From the NCBI GenBank assembly GCA_026914245.1, contig CP110440.1:2108001-2172000 (forward strand): a stretch of 64,000 bases of DNA, written 5' to 3'. Below are positions 37,622-50,150 of this stretch, one piece after another; position 1 is the first letter of the stretch; each line of letters begins with the position of its first letter. Under the pieces are notes generated by a model. That model ran no database searches. It saw only the letters and a program-made list of their open reading frames with translations, and was not told where the DNA came from. A program made the position numbers and the translations under genes. The DNA is from Puccinia triticina (taxonomy: Eukaryota).

Positions 37622-39287
37622 TTATTCTTTTAGTCTACTGCTAAGCACTTCAATGGAACTGAAGAAAACTGCATTGAAGAAAGACTTGACTAAATGAGAA
37701 AAGTAATGTTTTTGCATACAAGTAACATCAACCAAGTCCTTCCTGAAGGTACAAACCCAAACATGTACCATATTCCAAAAAGCTGGAATTGAATCATGTG
37801 ATCCCCTTTTAATGGCCATCTTTTCAAAAATAAATTCCCTGTTCTCTTTCAAGTTACAATCATCAAAATTCTTGTATGGATTAAATAGGGTTTCCAAGAC
37901 AACCAAAGCTTCTTCTATTTCTATCTCACACTTTGAATTCTTTATTTCTCCTGCTGATCTTGGTAAAATAGTTTCAATCATTTCAACATAGAATAAAAAT
38001 GTTATCACTGTCTTCTTCATCTTGTAAGGTTCAATCAGTTCCAATTTATCAGTAAGATCTTTGTGATTACATTTAATTTTCTGGCTCCAATGGGAAACCC
38101 AAAGCTCTGATTTCTGAATTAGAAAATCTTGTGCAAAAATCACTCTTTTCCTTCCTTCATTGGTTGCACTATTTTTGGGAGCACATGAATGTTTTGATAG
38201 GTCCTTCTTGATTTCATTTTTCAGTTGATGACAATTCACTGAAAAAGTATTTACAGCAATAAATTTTACATCAGTATGATACAATTTGAATTGTTCTTTT
38301 GACATCCTCAGTTCACCACATTCAGCCCCTCTTGTTGAAATTTTTTCAATCAAGTCTAGGATGTTGGGGTATAATTTAGGATTGGCTGATTGATGATTGG
38401 TAAAAGCCATCCTATCAAATATTAGCCTTTCTCCTTTCTCCTTCATCTCCATTTGAATTTTATCCACAAGACAAATATCAGTGTTGATAATATTGTATGG
38501 CAATTCTATCATGCAACCCTTGTTGTACCAGGAGGTGGACCAAGAAATTAATGGACCCTTTAAATTCCCTGAATCATGTTTGATCTCGCAGTGCCATATT
38601 GCTTTTTCAATTCCTGGATTGGTGCTACTTGAAGGTGGGGGGCTAGATGGTCTTCCAGTCAGCATCATTTTCTTTGAATTGGTTACAGCTAGATATTCAG
38701 GCTTTTTTTGAAGCTCAGAAGCATTTTTTTATTTTTTTTGAACAAGCAGACTTCTTAAAAAAATTCTGCTGGGCAGTCAAATTTGAATTTTTACCCCTAC
38801 CATTGTTATGGATTGTTTCGGGTCCATTATTTGGTATACTTGATCCCAACAAAAAATGAGAATTCAAATCTTCCAGTTGTCTTGTTAATTCCAGTTCCAT
38901 GGAGTTGGAAGAACAACCTGATACCCATTGAATTTCATCAGCTGGTTTAAAATTTGATTGATACTCTTCTTGGTTCTGTTGGATAGGGATAAATATTCCA
39001 TCAATATCTTTGGGCACTTCCAAAAATTCAGAATTGAGATAAGGAATTTCCACATGATCTAAAGGGGAAACACCATTTTAAAACATGTTGGGACTGGAAG
39101 TGGGAGTGGAATTTAGGTTGGGATAAGAATTGCTAGTTTCTGGACAAATTGATGACATGAAATCATTCATGTTATCTGAATGAGGAATTTCAAATCCAAA
39201 GAATGATTCATAATCATGGGGTAAGTAATCCATGGCATTGATCTTGATATTCAACAAAAATAACACAAGCAAGTGGAATATACTCAT
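37622..39287 (-). pseudogene. Secreted-protein (effector-like) pseudogene, about 550 codons when reconstructed, apparently single exon
   Basis: Signal-peptide-like MSIFHLLVLFLLNIKINA; in-frame TAA at 39078-39080; frameshift in the A-tract near 38730 links to the 348-aa ORF. Confidence 0.7.
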
Positions 39288-39758
39288 TTTAATTTTCTGC
39301 AGAGCTATTCAACTTTTGGAAAAGGTAGAGGAAAGTTTTGAAGTAAAAGGCTTGAATTAAATTTCCCTTGTCCACCTTGAATGGAAAAACAGAAAATATT
39401 GTTGTGGGGAGCACAGGATGAAGTGACTGAAGCTCACAAACAGAAAGTATTTTGAAACTTGTGAGCAAGTAAGATATGGTTCAAACTCACGCGGAGAGAA
39501 AAATCCAGAGTCAACCAAGTATAGACTATATACAAGGTTGTTTTTTTATGGCTTTGAAGCATATTACATCCAAGTTGATTAAAGACACGGTTTCATCTGA
39601 ATTGTAAAAAAAAGATCAAGGGTTCCCCCTGTAAATACATAAAATGAGAAAAATAAAATCAAGGGTTTCCCCCAGTTACAAACCAATGAATGCATGATCC
39701 ACTCAAGAATAAACAACAAAAAAAATCTCAACCTAGCCTTCCAACGGCGGCAAAGCCA

Positions 39759-40606
39759 TGTTTTGAGACTGAGTCTCTTATGTGACCACGGGACACAAGA
39801 AAAAAGGGGGGAATCTGGTTGGATTTCTTGGGATAAAGAAATAAAAACAGAAGGAGAGAAAGAAAGAGAGAAAGAGAGAAGATCAGGCCTGGACTTTAAG
39901 TCTTTATTAATTGATCTGGGCTATTCTCAACCTGGAAAAGTTGGATGCCAGCTGTGCCAGGCCAAAAAGAGTGCAACAGCCTCCACTCACAACAAGGAAA
40001 CGTTGGTGGGATTCAGAAGTAGGGTTACTACTCTGCTCTGGTTTTGTAGGTCTTAACCAGAGATAACCTTTTGATCTTTTAAGATTGGAAGAGTTGAAGA
40101 AAAGAAGAAACAATCAAGAGCAACAGAGTTTCACTCTGGATAAGCAAAGCTCAGTGAAAAGAGTCTACTTACTGTCAATATCCTAGGCGCCTGTGACGGT
40201 AGGTATACTGGGAGCGTGGTGGTCTCTTTGGTGGTGATCCTGGGTTATCTGGGGTGTGGTTCTGGTGTGCTGAAGTCTGTAGATCCTCCTCAGGCAAGGG
40301 GGATCCTGACTTCGAAAATTTCCACAGTTTGCTTATGTAATTACATATGTACATATGGTTTTGGCGCACCTGGTAGCGCTGACACGTCAGAACTGCGCAT
40401 GCGCGCCACAACTCAAGAACTCAGGGAAGGAGTATAGTTACAAAGAATTGATAATTTGTAACTAGGGTTAAAAGTGTCTGAGGAAACAGAATATGAAGTC
40501 AAAACAATGATATCTCTTAAGATGAAAAAGATATGAATTAATTTCATATGTAATAAGTAGAAAAGAGGCAGACTTTAGGTCAGCTGTGTTGACTCTAAAG
40601 CTGACA
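39759..40606 (-). mobile_element. LTR (family D), same family as the Gypsy 3' LTR at 41679-42218
   Basis: 40065-40606 aligns with 41679-42218; TG...CA ends; no matching TSD. Confidence 0.8.
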
Positions 40607-41640
40607 CCAACAATGCCACTCTAGTCAACTGCTTGAAAGAAGAGATGGCACGTCATGGTAGTACAGCCAATGGCTTTAAGCCTGCGTCTTGGAACCAAGT
40701 CGCTCAAGCACTCCAAGGTTCTGAGCTAGTTAACGGCTTGAGGGCAAAGGACAAGGATACCTGCAAAAGTCGCTGGCAGGCGGTGAGTAGCCCAAGGTTT
40801 TAATCTTGGTCAACAAAGCAAGCTGACCAAGGTGTTTGCATTACAGCTTAAAAAGCTTTATGTTAGCTTCCAAACGGTCGCCAGAATGTTGGGTGCTGGT
40901 TGGGATGAGACTTCAAAAATGGTTAACCTTCCCCCCTTGGTATGGAAAGACCTTGCGGAAAACAAAAGCTTGGCCGGCCGCGATTTGTCACAATGGGAGC
41001 ATCAATCGTTATCCCTATATCACAAACTGGGCGAGCTCATCGAGGGGAACGTGGCCACCGGAGAACTCATGGAAACCACAGAAGATGGCCCTGCCAAGAC
41101 CCAAAGAGACGTTGGAAATGTCATTGAAGATGTGGAAGGTGACATTGACGACAAGGATGACGCTAGCGATCAATATTTGGCTGTCATCCGAGGCCCCGTT
41201 CCCACCATAACCCCTACGGCCAAACGCAAACAAGGATCAGGCATGTCGCCTGAAGTGCTTGTTAACAAACTCAAGCTGATGGGTAGTAGCATGGCGAGTG
41301 CAATGCAGGCTCCGCTTCCACCTCTAGTTTTCACTAAGTTGGCCCCGCCTCCTTTGGTCCTCATGCAGGCCGTTGAAATTGTCCAGAAACACACGGACCT
41401 CAATCCTGAACAAATTTTTGAGGCAATTGAGTTCATCAGGCAGTCAACTAGCAAGGCCAAGGCCCGCCTCCTTTGGTCCTCATGCAGGCTGTTAAAATTG
41501 TCCAGAAACACACGGACCTCAATCCTGAACAAATGTTTGAGGCAATTGAGTTCATCAGGCAGTCAACTAGCAAGGCTGAGGTGTTTGTAGTGTTAAAAAA
41601 AAGCTCTCCGCCCAACTTGGCTTTGCATGAAATTGAAGTG
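40607..41640 (+). pseudogene. Myb/SANT-like DNA-binding protein (type found in PIF/Harbinger elements), 5'-truncated
   Basis: NGFKPASWNQVA..CKSRWQA, intron 40783-40846 (gtgagt...gctgac...ttacag), then LKKLY..GAGWDE; tandem duplication of about 120 bp at 41341-41580. Confidence 0.75.
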
Positions 41641-44253
41641 GTAGCTTATCCGTCCTGCACCCTTATGCTTTCCTTTAGTAACCTTTTGTTCTTTTAAGAT
41701 TGGAAGAGTTGAAGAAAAGAAGAAACAATTAAGAGCAACAAAGTTTCACTCTGGATAAGCAAGGTTCAGTGAAAAGAGTTTACTTACTGTCAATATCCTA
41801 GGCGCCTGTGACGGTAGGTATACTGGGAGTGTGGTAATCTCTTTGGTGGTGATCCTGGGTTATCTGGGGTGTGGTTCTGGTGTGCTCAAGTCTGTAGATT
41901 CTCCTATGGCAAATGGGATCCTGAATTCAACAATTTTCACAGTTTGACTATGTAATTACATATGTACATGTGGTTTGGTGCGCCTGGTAGTGCTTACACG
42001 TCACAACTACGCATGCGCGTCACAACTCAAGAACTCAGGGAAGGAGTAGAGTTACAAAGAAATGGTAAGTCTTAACTAGGGTTGGAATTGCATGAGGAAA
42101 CAGAAAATGAAGTCAAAACATGGATATCTGTCAAGATGGAAAAGATATGAGGCAATTCATATGTAAAAAGGTAGAAAAGGCAGTCTTTAGGTCAGCTACA
42201 CTGACTCTAAGGATGACATTCCCTACCACTAAAACAGGTTGGATTTCTGAAGGAAATTAAACAAATAGGGTAGACCTCTTCTCACTTCTGAACTTCCTGA
42301 GAAGGGTAGCAGATTCATGAATGTCCTTCTCAAGGAGCCATTCATCATGATCAGCACTCATACCTTTGTATCTAGCTAGGTACATCATGACATCTCTGTT
42401 CTCTACTCTTAATCATTTCTCTCTGAGAATCTTCTGTATGAATTTACTCTGGGGGTTTTTTCCATGGGGGGAATGACAACTTTAACCTTCTGTCTTAGGG
42501 GGAACTTATCTGGATTGGGGTCCTTCCATGGTTTCACTAGGCTGACAGGAAATGTGGGATGTTTTCTGCTGAAATCTTCAGTCAGTATTACCTCTACAGC
42601 ATTATTTCCATGTAAAGCTTTCACCAGGAATGGTCCAGCAAAGGAGTCTCTCATCTTCTTGGGGCCAGACAAGTTTTTGAAGTTTGCTGTGGATATCAGG
42701 ACTTTATCACCAACTTTAAAGGAACGTTCTTTATGAGTCTTGTCCCATCTCTTTTTGTTGTAAGAGGTAGCTTCTGTTATGCATTTTTAAGCATGTTTCC
42801 TTGCTTTCTCAAAGATTTTTCCATAAGCAAGAGCAGTAGGATGAATGTTTACAGAGTCTTGTTTCAAGAAATGTCAAGGAAGGTTTGGGATCCACCCTTT
42901 CTCCAGAATGGAAGGAGGTTTTCCAGTGGTTGAATGTATACTGGTGCAGTAGGCTAGCTCAAGGATTGGTAGAAGTGAGACCCAGTCATGAGTGTATCCA
43001 TCATTGTCTTTGAATTTAAGTCCATAGGCACAAAATCTCCTGATCATATCTTCAAGTGTTTGGATCATCCTTTCAGCTAGACCATCAGTCTGGGGGTGGT
43101 AAGTAGTAGAAAAGGAGAGTTTTTTTCCTAGAATACTATGCAAGCCAGTCCAGAATTCAGATGTGAATTTGGGATCTCTTTCAGAGATAATGATTCTTGG
43201 GATGCCAGTTCTAGGCATTACTCTGTTCCAAAACAGTATGGCAGTGTCCATTGCAGAGTCATCCTTGAAGCAAAACACAAATATTGGGGTCCTGGAGTAT
43301 CTGTCTACTATTACCAGGCAAGCATTGAAACTAGCAGCTCCTCCAGGAGATAAGGAACTTACCCAATCCATATTGATCATTAGAAGGTTCTTATATTTTC
43401 ATGAGTAGTCCAAATCCCTTTCATGTATCTTTGTTGGCTTTCTGGCCTCTGTCACAAGAAGAGCAATATTCACCAGTATCTTGTTTCCAATTAGCCCACC
43501 AGGCAGCATCAGCCACTTTCTCTAAGGTCCTGTCTTCAAAAAGATGACCAGAGTAGACACTGTCATGGCATTCATGCAAGATGGTGTTAATGCTGTCCCT
43601 GTCAGCTAGAACCAGCACAGAATTGTATTTTTCTCTCAAGTAGATGAGGCCATCAAATAGAGAGAATATTCCTTCATCATATACCTTTCTCCAAGGTTCC
43701 TGCAGAGAGTTTTTCAGTTGGGAATCTTTGGCATCTTTCAGCAAAAGCTCAGACAAGATAACAGTGTTCTTATCTTGTTGGTAACCTTCTCTCACTGAGT
43801 CAAAGAACTCATTCTTGAAAGTAGAGAAATGTATACCCATGATGGGGAATCTATCATCATCTTTGTCTTCTGGGTCATAAGCAGGGTTAGTTGGATCATT
43901 TGGCAAAGCCCATCTGCTAAGTCCATCAGCATTCTTGTGAATATTCCCATCTCTGTGGATTATGGTCATATTGCCTCTGTATTCTTGAATAGCAATCTGC
44001 CACCTGAGCATGTGTCTGTTGGGAGTCTTCATGTTCAGCAGTGATTGCAAAGCTTTGCAATCTGTTACAACATGAAATACACTGCCATCCAAGTAGTAAT
44101 GGAGTTTTTCCAGGGCCCAAACCTTACATAAGCATTCAAGTTGACTAGCACCATACCTTGTTTGACTGTCCTTCAGTTGTCTGGATATGAAAAAAATGAG
44201 CCTCTCTTTTCTTACCCCATCAATGACTTGGAATTGATGTAAAGCAGCACCCA

Positions 44254-45332
44254 TGTCAGCCGGGCTACTATAATAAGTTAGAGCCCGGCTAACTATTGTA
44301 GCATTACAAAAATTGTATGTAATAATAGCGGCGCAGAGCGCCGCGTACAAAATAGACTTCTTTCTTGTAAAAAGACCTAGCTGCGGCGCGGAGCGCCGCG
44401 CACATAGTAATAAAGATTCCTTAGACAAGTAAGGAAAATAAAGCTCCGGCCAAAGAATTGGCAGGAGAAAGAATATTAGTTCAAACCCGTTCTCAAGCCA
44501 AGAGAACGGGTCGTCAGACACTCTCAAAAGACTACTAAACAGAGAGTAGTCTCTATGAGAAATAGAAGCACTTCAGTCGGGGAGGAGAGAAACAGAATTA
44601 TACTACTCCTCCTCCCCCGGCCAAGGATGGAACATGAACCACGCTATTCCTCGAGCCGAGGAATAGCAAATAGATCACAGGACAAATAACCATGAATGGG
44701 ACCGAAGGGACTAGTAGAATCCCCCTTCACTCCCGTCATCCTAGTCAGAAGCACGGCTTCCTCCGGCCGAGAAACGGAGGAAGTATTTGCAATAAGAGCT
44801 ACAACCCTATTGGTTGTAGCTTGAATATATAATCGAGGGCCTTCGGGCGAAGGAAGGCCCCTCAGATACCTATTATAACCAGTTCGACGCCTCGCCAGTC
44901 TCGCCACTCGTCTCATCGACCAGTTCGCCAGCCTGACATTGCCTTGACTTTGGTTTTTTCGGATCGTTTGTGTTTTTTTGTCGCAGACTTCTTTTTACAA
45001 GTAAATCTGCGTTTTTTTTCTTTCTACCGGGATTTCTATCCCCTTATATCTCCTGGGAGCGAGTCATCGCGCAATCACGCCCTTTTTAAGGGCCCCAGAT
45101 GTCACAGGTCACAAAAACCCCTGCGCAGGCCCTGTAAGAACTGCGGAGGGCACTAAACCACCCCAGGCGCCCCTGGCCCCTCTGTTAACCCCTTTTTTGG
45201 GTTCATTAGAAATAAGCTTTTTTAGCTATTTTGCACTTGTACCGTGCTTTTGCTGCGCGCGCTACCGCTCTGTGCTCTGTCGCCGGCGTAGCTAGAAGAG
45301 TAATATTACTCTTGGCATCACCGCGCCTGACA
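44254..45332 (+). mobile_element. Solo LTR (family B) inserted in the Gypsy RNase H
   Basis: tgtcag...ctgaca ends; TSD accca/accta; removal restores DASMTGLGAALHQ. Confidence 0.92.
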
Positions 45333-46739
45333 ACCTAGACCAGTCATGCTAGCATCTACATATAGTGTGAATGGATGGGCCCAGTCAAAGAACGGTAACA
45401 AGGGAGCTGTAGTCAGTTTCTCTTTTAACAAGTTGTAGGCCAATATCCTATGATGAGTCATCTCATATATGACATCAATCCTGGTGAGCTCAGTAATTGA
45501 TTTTGCTATCTCTGCAAATTTCTCAATCTGTTGTCTGTAGTAACCAGCAAAACCAAGAAGGTATTGAATTTATTTACCTACTACTAGGCACAGGCTTTTG
45601 GAGGACAGCAGCTACTTTGTTCTGATCTATTCCTATAGCAATTCCAGAGACAAGATGTCCTAGAGCTTTGATTTTGTCAAATTCAAAGTTACACTTCTTC
45701 AGGGAGATTTTCATGTTCATGTTGATGACAACTTTAAGTATCCTGTCTATCCTAGTGAGGTGTTCTTCCCAAGTATTGGACATAATGATGATATCATCAA
45801 TGTAGATAATGACCCACTTCTCATCAATCTCTTTTCTGAACTCAATGTCAATCATCCTCTGGAAATGAGAGGGGGCATTCTTGATTCCAAAGGGCATCCT
45901 CAGATATTCATAGATTCCCTTGTGCACAATAATCCTGAGCAGGTGTCTGGAATCTTCTGCAATGGCATTCTGGTGAAAACCTTTGAGTACATCCATGCTG
46001 GTCAGAAATTTAGACTTGGCCAGGTTGTTCAGAGTCTCACTGATTTTAGGAATGGTATATCTGTCTGAAGCAGTGTAGGAGTTTAGAGCTCTGAAATCTC
46101 CTACCATTCTGGATTTCCCATTAGGCCAGGCAATGATAACAGGAGTGGTGATTTCAACTACTTCATTATGGCCAACTTTCCTTAGAACATTCAGGTTTAC
46201 TAGCTCTTCAATATGATGCTTAAGAGATTCTCTGCTTTTTGGGCTGGCAGGATATAAAGGAGGTCTTCTGAGAAGAGGAGGATAAGGCCTTTCATTTTTC
46301 AACTTGAGGTGAACTCCATGGCATTTGATGGCACCAAGGGGCTGGTTGATGTTAGAGAAGGCAAGTTTGTTATTATAGAGGACTTCAAAGAGTTTCTCTT
46401 TCTACTCAATGATTAGCTTATCACTGAACTTGGCTTCACAGAGTTCTTCTATTATAAATTGCTGCAGTTGGGGATAGGACTTCTTTACAACAGAAATTTC
46501 ATTGGAAGGACTCATTTTCTCCAAATGATGGGATTTAAAATTGAATTTCTTCCTCTTGTTCTCATTTCCTATGGTCTGCAAGAATCTCTCCTCACTATTT
46601 GTGATGTCAAAACCATACAGAGACATGTAATCATTTCCAAGTATAAGGTAATTGATTCTTGCATTTCTCATAACTACAAATTCTGCTGGAATTCTAATGG
46701 AACCTTTAGTGTGAGGAAAAATCAAAGCGATTTCTATTA

Positions 46740-46870
46740 GCACTGTTCACGTAAGTAATCTATGACCATGTGAGAGATATACATCAGCATACTTTCCCAG
46801 CCAAATTGGCTGGCACAATGGGATAAACTTTATTTCAATCTTGCTGATGTTTAGCTTATGTGAACAGTGC
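46740..46870. mobile_element. Small MITE (about 131 bp) in the Gypsy protease
   Basis: TIR gcactgttcac.taag; removal restores PMGIIEIALIF; TSD length ambiguous (tatta for 5 bp). Confidence 0.85.
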
Positions 46871-48800
46871 TATTATGCCCATTGGCTGTAATTGATCACT
46901 ACAGCTGTGGAATTTAGCATGGTTGATTGGCATGAGTTTGTTTTCCCATTCTGGTATTATAGAATCTAGTAGTCTGTCGCTGATGATTGAACAAGAAGCT
47001 CCACTATCAAGAAGACATGGGTGTTCTCTGGATTTAATGAGGACAGTAGTGAGATTATCTTTCCCATTCAGATGAGCTTTTCCTCTATTAGGTTTACATT
47101 TCATCAGTCTAGCATCCTCTACATGTGAAGACCGGCAGGATTTGTCCCAGTTCTGAAGTTGATGAGTCTCAGCTTGGATTTCAGCAATGGAGAAGTCTTG
47201 GTTTATCTCACACTCTACAGCATGTGCTCTAAAATCAAAGTCAATTAGGGGATCATAATTGGCACCATTGCCATTGTCCATAGCAAGGATCATGTGGTTG
47301 GTTCTACGATTCTCTTCTTCTTCATCTAGCTCTGATTCAGACTTTTGTGGCTCACCTTGATCTGCTCCATTGTCACTCTTGGGATCATCATCATCATCCA
47401 TTCCTACATTGTTGATCCTTTTCTTCTTCTTAGGGCATTCCCTGGAGAAGTGGCCAGTTTGTTTGCAGAAATGAAATACATGTTTTTTCTTTTCAGGGGC
47501 AGAGACAGGATTCCTTTTAGAAGAGGACCCAGTTGGCTTATCAGCTTTCTCAGGGGCAGGATTATTCCTCCATTGGGATATGTTTGGAGCATTATAATTG
47601 TTAGTCACAGGCTTGCTTCTTTTCATAACTCTGTCTATGACTTCTTCAGCAATTACGACCATGTCCTCAAAACTCATTTCAGTAGCATCTCTCTTGTATC
47701 TGCTTTTGACAGCATGTTCAAGATTTGGAGGGCATTGCTTCAGGATCTTTTCACAGATGAGATATTTACTGAGCTCAGGTTGATATGCTATCAGTCTCTC
47801 TCTCTGAGTTCCAAACCACTTATGAATTTTTCTTCCATCATAAGCAAAGTGATCACTTTCAAACTCCTGTTGCATTTTCCATCTCCAATTGTCAGTACCA
47901 AACTTAGTTCTGATGGCATTCTTCCACCAAGACATTTGTTCCCAAACTTATCTCTGATTCTAAGGTACCAACTGTTATTATTTTTAGCTGATTTGGAGAA
48001 GTTGGCTTTAGCAGATTGGTGGGAGTCAAGTTGAGGAGTATTGTCCATGGCAGGAGGTGGTCTGTGAGAAGCAAAATGAGCAGGATTTCTCAGATTGTCT
48101 TGGTGGTGTTGGCCTTCACTCTGGGCATTAAGCACTGGATTATTATAGTTGAGATGAGGAGGACAATCTCTATCAGCAGGTCCAATCAATTTCTCCAACT
48201 TGGTGTTGGTGTTATTTACTACAGAAGAAATATCACAGAATCTTCTTTTGGTCTGCTCAAATCTATTTTGTCCATTAGTTTGAAGGTCACTCAGTTGATT
48301 TTCTAAAGAGGAAAGTTTGTGATACATTTTATCTTCCATCTCATCCAAATTTTTACCAATAGTGTCCATATTGGAATGGCATTGGGATTCATTGACCAGA
48401 ATGAGGTCTTGCACTCCTTCTAGTTTCTCTTGAACACCTTATAGCTTCTCTTCAAAGAGTCTTCTCAATTGTTCAAACTCACTGGAACTCACAGGAGGTC
48501 TCTATTTGGCACAGTCTCTCATTTGATTCAGAAATTTGTCAAGTAAATGGGGCATAAATTCCTCTCTGAAGATATCAATGATGGAAACATTAAGGACTTG
48601 TCTGAAATTTTGGACACAAGATTCTAAAAGAGTTCAAGGGATCGTCTCTACAGTACCAGAAATTTCAGAAAGAAACTTTGAGAACAATGAATGTAATTTT
48701 TCTTCTAACAAAATAGGACCATTGTTAGACAAATCATTATTAAGATGACTAAGAAAAATTTCTCTGCTGGATTGGCTAGAAAGATTATCAATGTCTAAAC

Positions 48801-50009
48801 TTAAACCCATGGGAGAGGCTGAACTTGTTGGTGAAAACCTCTGCCTCTCCCTCTCCCTCTGCCGCGGCCTCTTCCGTTGGACCTGGTCAACCTCATCAAG
48901 AGTTTCCCAACGTTGATGATCCTGTGGGTATTTGCCATGGGTGGGTTCCAGTTCCTCCCAGATCTTCTTGAGCCGTGAAAATGGGATTGGTGCTGGTAAT
49001 TACCGCGCTGACCTCCCCACTGGTGATAGTGGGGTTGAGGATGATGGTAATGCACGTTGGGGCGCTGGTAGGGATGGTGTCGCGGTGCTTGGATCCCATC
49101 TAGCTGTGTAGAAACTGGAGGGCGTCTCTCTACTTGCTGCTGTTGCGGATGGAATGGCAGTGGCGGCATTTGAGCTGTTTGGCCGTAGGGAGGAGGAATC
49201 TGCGCCTGTGGATTGTAGTGGGGGGTAGGACCCTGGTAATCTGGTCCTTGCACTAAGTGTCGCGAAGCTGGAGGCCCTGGCGTAGGAGTTTCCATTAGGG
49301 GCTGGTGGCCTGGGTGTGGGGCTAGAGCTAGGTTTGTAGGAGCCTGCGTGTCCATCTTCGGCGCCGTCTGGCGCACTTGTTCTTGGGGCTGATGGTACAG
49401 AGTCCTCTCCAGCTGATTAAGGTCCTCTCAAGGGATCAAGTCTTGACTGAGATGGATGGAATCGGCATTCCCTACTATGTCTTCCATCATTTCTTGGGTC
49501 AATGTGGCTTGGGCGAGAAGACGTCTCATGGCTTGAGTATTCTGCGCCTCCTGAGCTCGGACGTACATGTTGAATTGTTTGTTGAGCATATTGATTAAGC
49601 TCACTATCTCCTGCTCCTCCGGGATAACCTCCATCGGGCCAGAGATGTCTTGAGGAGGCGGGTTTGGAGCTGACGGAAGGAGGGCTAGATCCTGGGGCGC
49701 CTCCGGCTGCATGCCCTCGGGATTGGTAGGCTGGGGGGATGGATGAGTTCTGACTGAACTCATTTGTTCCCTCTCTACGGGCTGCGGTACGGGAGTTGAT
49801 CTGCTGAAGGCCAAAGCTATGGAAGTCTCCCTTGGATTGTACAACGCCGGCGGGATTCCCGTGTCCGGGGGTAACATTTCTCCCTCTGGCAGTGTTAGAA
49901 AGTCCTCTCCCAGCGGCAGCAAAGCCGATTCGTGCTCTTCAAAGCCGCTCCTTGGCTGCGGGACTAAGTTGGTATTGGAGGAGCTGCTCGGCAGAGAGGT
50001 CCCTTCCAT
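48801..50009 (-). pseudogene. Pro/Gln-rich ORF with an RG-rich tail upstream of Gypsy gag; one internal stop
   Basis: ORFs 49428-50009 and 48801-49376 are in the same frame. Confidence 0.55.
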
Positions 50010-50044
50010 TTCTAAGGTGGGGGGGCATTTTTTTTATGATTCAT

Positions 50045-50150
50045 TTCTAGTTTTCTTTTGTTTTCTTTTGTTTTCTTTTGTTTTCTTTTGTTTTCTCTTG
50101 TTTTATTTTGTTTTCTTTTGTTTTCTTTTGTTTTTATTTATTTTATTTTT
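50045..50150. repeat. (ttttcttttg)n microsatellite
   Basis: Direct repetition. Confidence 0.9.

Larger units (their letters stand above)
41679..50030 (-). mobile_element. Decayed Gypsy LTR retrotransposon with a chromodomain-like integrase tail; partial 3' LTR, 5' LTR absent
   Basis: PPT agtggtagggaa before tgtcat at 42218; gag, LLDSGA protease, RT YIDD, RNase H, integrase HPQTDGLAER, GPF, YLARYKG..DEW. Confidence 0.92.

Noticed and set aside
39759..42218. Myb gene captured between two LTRs as a retro-module
   Set aside because: No PPT or PBS at the junctions and no TSD; the 41679 junction looks like a deletion, so independent insertion plus deletion is simpler
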